Source: Octopus vulgaris
Taxonomy: Eukaryota
Length of the DNA: 64,000 nt
Assembly: GCA_951406725.2 (NCBI GenBank)
Contig: OX597830.1
Location: 70,060,001 to 70,124,000, forward strand
Reading direction: 5' to 3'
Shown: piece after piece, positions 57,616 to 64,000 of the stretch
Layout: each line of letters starts with the position of its first letter
Numbering within the stretch: the stretch's first letter is position 1
The notes under the pieces: model-generated
Seen by the model: the letters and a program-made list of their open reading frames with translations, nothing else
Told to the model about the DNA's origin: nothing
The model's database searches: none
Made by a program: the position numbers and the translations under genes

Positions 57616-57733
<118 letters not shown>

Positions 57734-57781
57734 TACATGTATACATGTACTCCTATGCACACAAACATATCATGTGTTTGA

Positions 57782-57814
<33 letters not shown>

Positions 57815-58395
57815 ACATATACATACATAAATTTATATACTATCATATGCACAACAGATACACAGACAAATATATCTATGTAGTTGATAGCTAACGAGAG
57901 AGGGAGATTATCTCGTATTGTTTACCCTCATAGCTGTTCGATGGCAGTACGGCCGGAAGTCGATAGCCATTAGCAAAGGGAGATAAGCCAAACTTTTCCC
58001 CGCCAAATTTTAAAAAGCTCATAGGCCAACAAGACTTGCGGTGTGAAGATACGCCATAAAGTTAAACCCTTTATGGACAGGAAACCCAGGGTAATCCCCA
58101 AAACCGGCCGCCACCAGGAAAAAATAAATATATATCTTCTTACGTCATTATCTATCTATCAGTCTGTCTATTTATCTATAGAAAAAAAGGAGACGTTTAA
58201 CAAAGGGCGTGGTTTTTCTATATCCCTAAGTCACTCCATGTAAACTTTGAAAGACAAAATGAATGAACGGGTGTGGTTATATTTCGTTCTTGCATTTTCC
58301 CACACTTACACACATGTGCACACACACACACACACACACACTGTTATATAAGAGTATATGTGAGTCTGGGTGTGTTTGTGTATGTGTTCCTATGC

Positions 58396-58447
<52 letters not shown>

Positions 58448-58780
58448 GCACTCACATATATATTAATATCGTGATTCACGGTAATAAGCAAGTAATCGAA
58501 AGTTCACATTTTTTTAAGGAAGTCATTCAAGTGAATTCATAACCAACTTAGTCACGTAGACACGGATATAGCTAGGGAGAATTAGCCTGCCAACAAATGA
58601 ACGAACGAAACTCATGTCAAGCAAGAATAACACAGACACTTATATAACTTTATGACCCAGGAGAGAACAAGGCAATGTGTATTGCTGGGTTTGCTTTCAC
58701 ACATTGACTAGACTCATAGAAAATAGCTGAAAAATCAAACCCGGCGTTTTAAAACATAATTTAGAGACATTATATGATAT

Positions 58781-59085
58781 TGTTGTTTGTTCCTTCTCGA
58801 GCCACGCCTGGCTCATAAGGGCCGGTTTCCCAGTTTCCTTGGCGTATAGGTTCCCCACCTGGACGGGACGCCGGTCCGTCGCAGGTGAGCTGCTAGATGT
58901 AGGAGGAAAGAGTGAGAGAAAGTTGTGGCGAAAGAGTCAGCAGAAGTTCGCCATTACCTTCTGCCGGAGCCGCGTGGAGCTTAGGTGTTTTGCTCATAAA
59001 CACACACATCTCCCGGTCTGAGATTTGAACCCGCGATCCCTCGACCGCGAGTCCGCTGCTCTAACCACTAGGCCATGCGCCTCCA
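58781..59085 (-). mobile_element. tRNA(Arg)-like SINE (family D head and tail with a different body), possibly an octopus OR-type SINE; 13-bp TSD
   Basis: Head tggaggcgcatggcctagtggttagagcagcggacTCGcggtcgagggatcgcgggttcaaatc; flanks cattatatgatat (58768-58780) and cattttatgatat (59086-59098). Confidence 0.9.
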
Positions 59086-59155
59086 CATTTTATGATATAA
59101 TACCAGATATATCGCATATGAATAATTTTAAAATTAATATCTATAATTGTGATAA

Positions 59156-59365
59156 GGCGACTAGCTAGCAGACTCATTAGCACTCCGAGCAAAATGTTTA
59201 GCGGCGTTTCTTCCGTCCTTACATTCCGAGTTCAAGATCCGCTGTGGCCGACTTTGCCTTTCGTTCTTTCGGGGTCGATAAAATAAGTACGAATTGAGTA
59301 CTGTGGTCGATGTAATCGACTTACACCCTTCCTCGAAACTGCTGGCCTCGTGCCAAAATTTGAAA

Positions 59366-59367
<2 letters not shown>
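59156..59367 (+). mobile_element. SINE-B, tttgaaacc tail variant
   Basis: Head, core and tail recognisable. Confidence 0.9.
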
Positions 59368-59408
<41 letters not shown>

Positions 59409-59495
59409 ATTCGAGACAAAACCACTATTTTGCAAAACAAACAAGGAAAGACTTAATCAATACATAAAATTTTTTTAATATAAAGAAATAAACCG

Positions 59496-59538
59496 CCACT
59501 ACAATCGTTTCATGTCTTCAATGACATTCGTCAGGTGG
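59496..59538 (-). ncRNA. Hammerhead ribozyme (left-arm copy)
   Basis: ccac-CUGACGA-atgtc(attgaa)gacat-GAAA-cgattg-UA-gtgg. Confidence 0.8.
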
Positions 59539-59603
59539 ATTTTCGATCTCCTAAACTGTTTTAATTTATGAATTAAATTAAAACAGATTAGGAGATCGAA
59601 AAT

Positions 59604-59646
59604 CCACCTGACGAATGTCATTGAAGACATGAAACGATCGTAGTGG
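59604..59646 (+). ncRNA. Intact minimal type I hammerhead ribozyme
   Basis: ccac-CUGACGA-atgtc(attgaa)gacat-GAAA-cgatcg-UA-gtgg; canonical core, palindromic stem III (ACGATCGT), predicted cleavage after 59642. Confidence 0.9.
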
Positions 59647-59818
59647 CGCTTTATTTCTTTATATTAAAAAATTTTTATGTATTGATTAAGTCTTTCCTTG
59701 TTTGTTTTGCAAAATAGTGGTTTTGTCTCGAATTATATTATATAATATTTTACTATAAAATTGGATTTAATCCTAAATCTGATTGTTCCCTGTAAATTTA
59801 GATTTATTCCCTAATATT

Positions 59819-59868
<50 letters not shown>

Positions 59869-60436
59869 GACAGTGATGTTTATGAATAGAATGCATTCGA
59901 TTATGCACGTGCTTAATAAGGCCTAATCGGGGATTAAAGAACAACGATGGCAGCAAGAAGAACAGCAGCAACAGCAATAACAGCAACACCTAATATTAAT
60001 ATACAATGAATCGGTTTTCTGCGCCGCCTAATCTCTACTGTGGTTAGTGTGGTTATTGGCACCATTGTTTCTTCCTTCGTAATCCGTGATCAAGCAGATC
60101 TATGATTAAAAACATTCCAGCCACGGCCATCTCGTTTACGCACACACACACGAACACACATACACACACACATGCCTCTATGTATATGTGTGCATATGCA
60201 CACACACACACACATACACACATATATATATGTCTAAATGCATACATCACAATATCACAGTGTCGACCAAATCATCATATGCTGTTATACACCGCTGGTT
60301 ACAATGCGCTTCGAGTTCTGTCTTGATTGCGACATTCTTTTCTATCTTGCTGTTTCCAACTGGTATCAAAGAAATCGGAGAAGGCCATTTGGAAGGCCTT
60401 CAATACAATGAGAACAGACACACACACACACACACA

Positions 60437-60467
<31 letters not shown>

Positions 60468-60915
60468 CAGCGAGAACATTGCCCAATCAATCCGTTTTGT
60501 CTTTAAGACAGTTGAATTTAGTGAAGAGGACTTGGCTGTGATGTCTAGCAGGTCTGCGACCAACACAGAGGTTCCTCGTGTGAACTGACAGACACATAAG
60601 AATACTGAGAGTATTTAACATATCTCCTCCTTCCCTGCCTCCTGCTTTCTCTTATTTTCTACTTCTTTTACCTCTCCACCGCTCTTCTTCCTACTTTTAT
60701 ATCTCATTTTAAGTTTTGCAAATTGGGTTTGGACATCGTACGTATGACTTACTTCAATAGCGTTGCTGAAGTAAGCCATAAGTTAAGCTGACTTGGTTAG
60801 TTGACCATGTTCAACAAAGAGTAAACATTTGTTTCATAAGTATATTTAGTCATACATGAATATTTGTCAGCCCAGGCGTTGAGAGGGACCTTGCTGCATA
60901 GAAAAGCTACTGGTT

Positions 60916-60947
<32 letters not shown>

Positions 60948-61559
60948 CATACATACATACATACATACATACATACATACATACAAGTATATATGTACAT
61001 GTACGTACGTTTGTATATACAGACACACATTCACACACATACACACCCAAGCGCGTTTAGATATATACACACTCAAACATGCACATACGCATACGCACAT
61101 ATACGCACAGGTGCAGATACACACATACGCAGATAAACGCGCGCACATATACTCGTATATAAATGGCTTGTCCAGACTTGCGCCTTCATGGAAAATTTCT
61201 GGGAGGGTACAGAAAGAAATGCATGGAAAAATCTCGACGAAGGGCGGCCTTACTAAAATATCATCCGAAATTAGCAGAGGTATCCATTATCGCGCAATGG
61301 ATTTTTCTCGCTCAAGATACTCACACACCACCAACACCACCAGGGGGCAGCAGTAGCAGTGATTGGCCGACATTTAAATTCTAATCCCTCTATCTCATTA
61401 TCACCATTTACTATGTATACTATACCAGCCTACATAAAAGACTCCCGCCCTTTACTAAGGCAACCAAAATAATTATTGCTGTCAATACAATACGTCAATA
61501 CGACATTGTGAACAAGTCGTCTGCATTAGAAAATTTATGTATGTTTTTATTTTATTTTA

Positions 61560-61646
<87 letters not shown>

Positions 61647-61997
61647 CATTATTATTATCATTATTATTATTGTTCTCATTATTATTATTATTATTATTAA
61701 ATGTTTTGCTTCTATTGTATCGCTCTATAGCTGACCTATTTCAGTTCTATGACTGACAAAGATGCATTGGCACAGACAAAAAGCACACAATTACACATAC
61801 ACACACATCAGACACACAGACAGACACACACATACAACACTCACTCACACATATATACACCGATATAGATATGTATGTGTGTATGTGTCGGCGTGTATAT
61901 CTGTGCATATGAATTGATGAAAAGTCTTATGTGTTTATGCGAAATATATGTATATGTATTTCAATACAGACATATGTACAATACATATACACGTATA

Positions 61998-62182
61998 TTC
62001 TTTTCTACTCTAGGCACAAGACCCGAAATTCTGGTGGGAGGGGCCAGTATGCATCTGGTACTTAATTTATCGACCCCGAAAGACAAAGTCGACCTCGACG
62101 AATTTGAACTCAGAACGTAAAGACAGACGAAATAACGCTAAGCATTTCGCCCGGTGTGCTAACGATTCTGCCAGCTCGTCGC
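61998..62182 (-). mobile_element. SINE-B with internal deletions
   Basis: Same tail variant as 27647. Confidence 0.88.
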
Positions 62183-62268
62183 ATTACATATACACATATA
62201 CTATATACATACACACATACATACATACATATATACATACATACATACATACATACATACATTCATAC

Positions 62269-62340
<72 letters not shown>

Positions 62341-62355
62341 ATATATAAAACATTT

Positions 62356-62560
62356 TTCTCAATATAAAAGAGTGTACATTTAAACCTAGGTATAACCATT
62401 AAAAAAAATAACAAGGTAACAGTTTATATTTTTCATTCCCTTCGAAAAATGTTCTTAAATGGGGTTTTGGTCGTTTTGACTGCTTCTTCTAGCGTGTAAA
62501 AATTGCCTGTCAAAAATAGTTTTCTCTTGTGTTTAAATTTAAACTATTTTATATTGAGAA
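62356..62560. mobile_element. Small fold-back/MITE-like element with 30-bp inverted repeats
   Basis: 62356-62385 matches the reverse complement of 62531-62560 at 27/30. Confidence 0.55.
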
Positions 62561-62644
62561 TATGAATATGTCTATTGACTTTTTATACATGCTAGGCCAC
62601 TGGTGGTGAAATTTCTAAAAATATTCGCCATCCTATATATTTAC

Positions 62645-62710
<66 letters not shown>

Positions 62711-62958
62711 ACTCGTCATTGTCGTAATCATTGGCGTAAACTTTCTCGATGTCAGGTGTTCCGCCTACTTTACTTAACTCACCATAGTCAAATATGGCGT
62801 CTCACGTGAGTGTGAAGATCCGGATTTGTTCGACGCATTCACTGATATTCTCTGCATGGGATCATTATTGGGCTTTTCATCGATGGTGGTTAGTCTTCAA
62901 CACACACATACACACACACACACGCACGCACACACATACACACACACGCACACACACA

Positions 62959-63002
<44 letters not shown>

Positions 63003-63183
63003 GACTCAGCGCACCGAGAGAGATTATGTAAGTGATTCAGCAGCCTGATCAGCTGGAATTAACTGTTACACTCGATTTTGGTATTGAGTACATTTTCATT
63101 CTTCGGACACACACACACACACATACACACACACACATACACACACACACATTTATATATATATATAAATGACACAAACGCAC

Positions 63184-63229
<46 letters not shown>

Positions 63230-63264
63230 TACTTAGCTTGATAGGTTGATTGACAAATAGATGC

Positions 63265-63360
<96 letters not shown>

Positions 63361-63400
63361 CTATCTATCTATATACATATATATATATATATACACACTG

Positions 63401-63445
63401 AGTAGAACCTCGGTTTACGAACGCCTCTGATCACGAATAAATCGT
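63401..63445 (+). mobile_element. Tigger/pogo-like terminal fragment
   Basis: agtagaacctcggtttacgaacgcctctgatcacgaa resembles Tigger-type termini; no partner end seen. Confidence 0.4.
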
Positions 63446-63470
63446 GCTTTATTTCTCTCTCTCTCTCTCT

Positions 63471-63516
<46 letters not shown>

Positions 63517-63539
63517 GTATGTATATACATATAATGTAC

Positions 63540-63575
<36 letters not shown>

Positions 63576-64000
63576 CTGTGTGTATGTATTATACGTGTGC
63601 CTGTGAGTTTATTATGAGGCACATATACATGCTTACATATATATACACATACAGACAAATGCACGCACATACATACGTAAATTCATACATACATTTATAT
63701 ACATACACTGATACATACGTAGACATAGGTGTGCGTCTGTTGACGCGAATTCAGTCAGATCTCTGTAACAAGATAATTGGTTATCTAGCACAAAGGAATG
63801 GTTGTATGATAGGGGTCAATCGAACTTCTGTGTTATCCCATCTAACTTCCTCTCAAAGGTCCCTATCCCCCTTTTTTCTCACCCTCATCCTCACTCCCTC
63901 GGTCGCCCCCTTTGCTAATGATATTCTGGACATCATGATCCCCCTCCTTTATATGCTGTCCCCCATCCCGCCGTTGTGTCCACCCCCTCACCTCCTTTTC

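Larger units (their letters stand above)
59404..59822 (+). mobile_element. PLE pseudo-LTR fragment with inverted partial copy (palindrome 59404-59738), flanked by (TA)n
   Basis: Arms 59404-59568 and 59574-59738 with a 5-nt loop and about 4 mismatches; each arm holds a hammerhead; the right arm continues ~80 bp into (TA)n. Confidence 0.85.

Noticed and set aside
59010-59085. tRNA-Arg(TCG)-like sequence as a tRNA gene
   Set aside because: It continues into a SINE body and tail and has a TSD, and the acceptor stem is not properly paired. The same applies to the heads of families A, B and D.
63771-63790. ttggttatctagc resemblance to miR-9
   Set aside because: Seed and 3' end do not match and there is no pre-miRNA hairpin.

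Overview
AT-rich, microsatellite-saturated eukaryotic DNA, most likely an octopus (coleoid cephalopod) intergenic or intronic region. This assignment is inferred from the tRNA-derived SINE families and the repeat landscape, not verified. No host protein-coding exon can be supported, and almost all ORFs in the track are translations of (TA)n/(CA)n/(GA)n/(TTA)n tracts. The window contains at least four short-retroposon families (informal labels A-D) and 3' fragments of three non-LTR clades: CR1/Jockey-like, RTE, and R4/Dong-like in (TAA)n. It also has small hAT and Tc1/mariner-type MITEs and several Penelope-like element (PLE) remnants, including an RT fragment and an open GIY-YIG C-terminus. 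The main signal is a set of minimal type I hammerhead ribozyme (HHR) motifs with palindromic stem III. One intact copy lies in a ~335 bp near-perfect palindrome. Another, downstream of the GIY-YIG ORF, has a compensatory U3-A8 core. Several decayed copies are scattered through the window. Also notable are a tandem/inverted SINE array whose 3' junctions recur at a GTA(T/C)TT motif, and insertions nested in the internal microsatellite of SINE-A. All coordinates were read by eye, and edges of degenerate elements are approximate.
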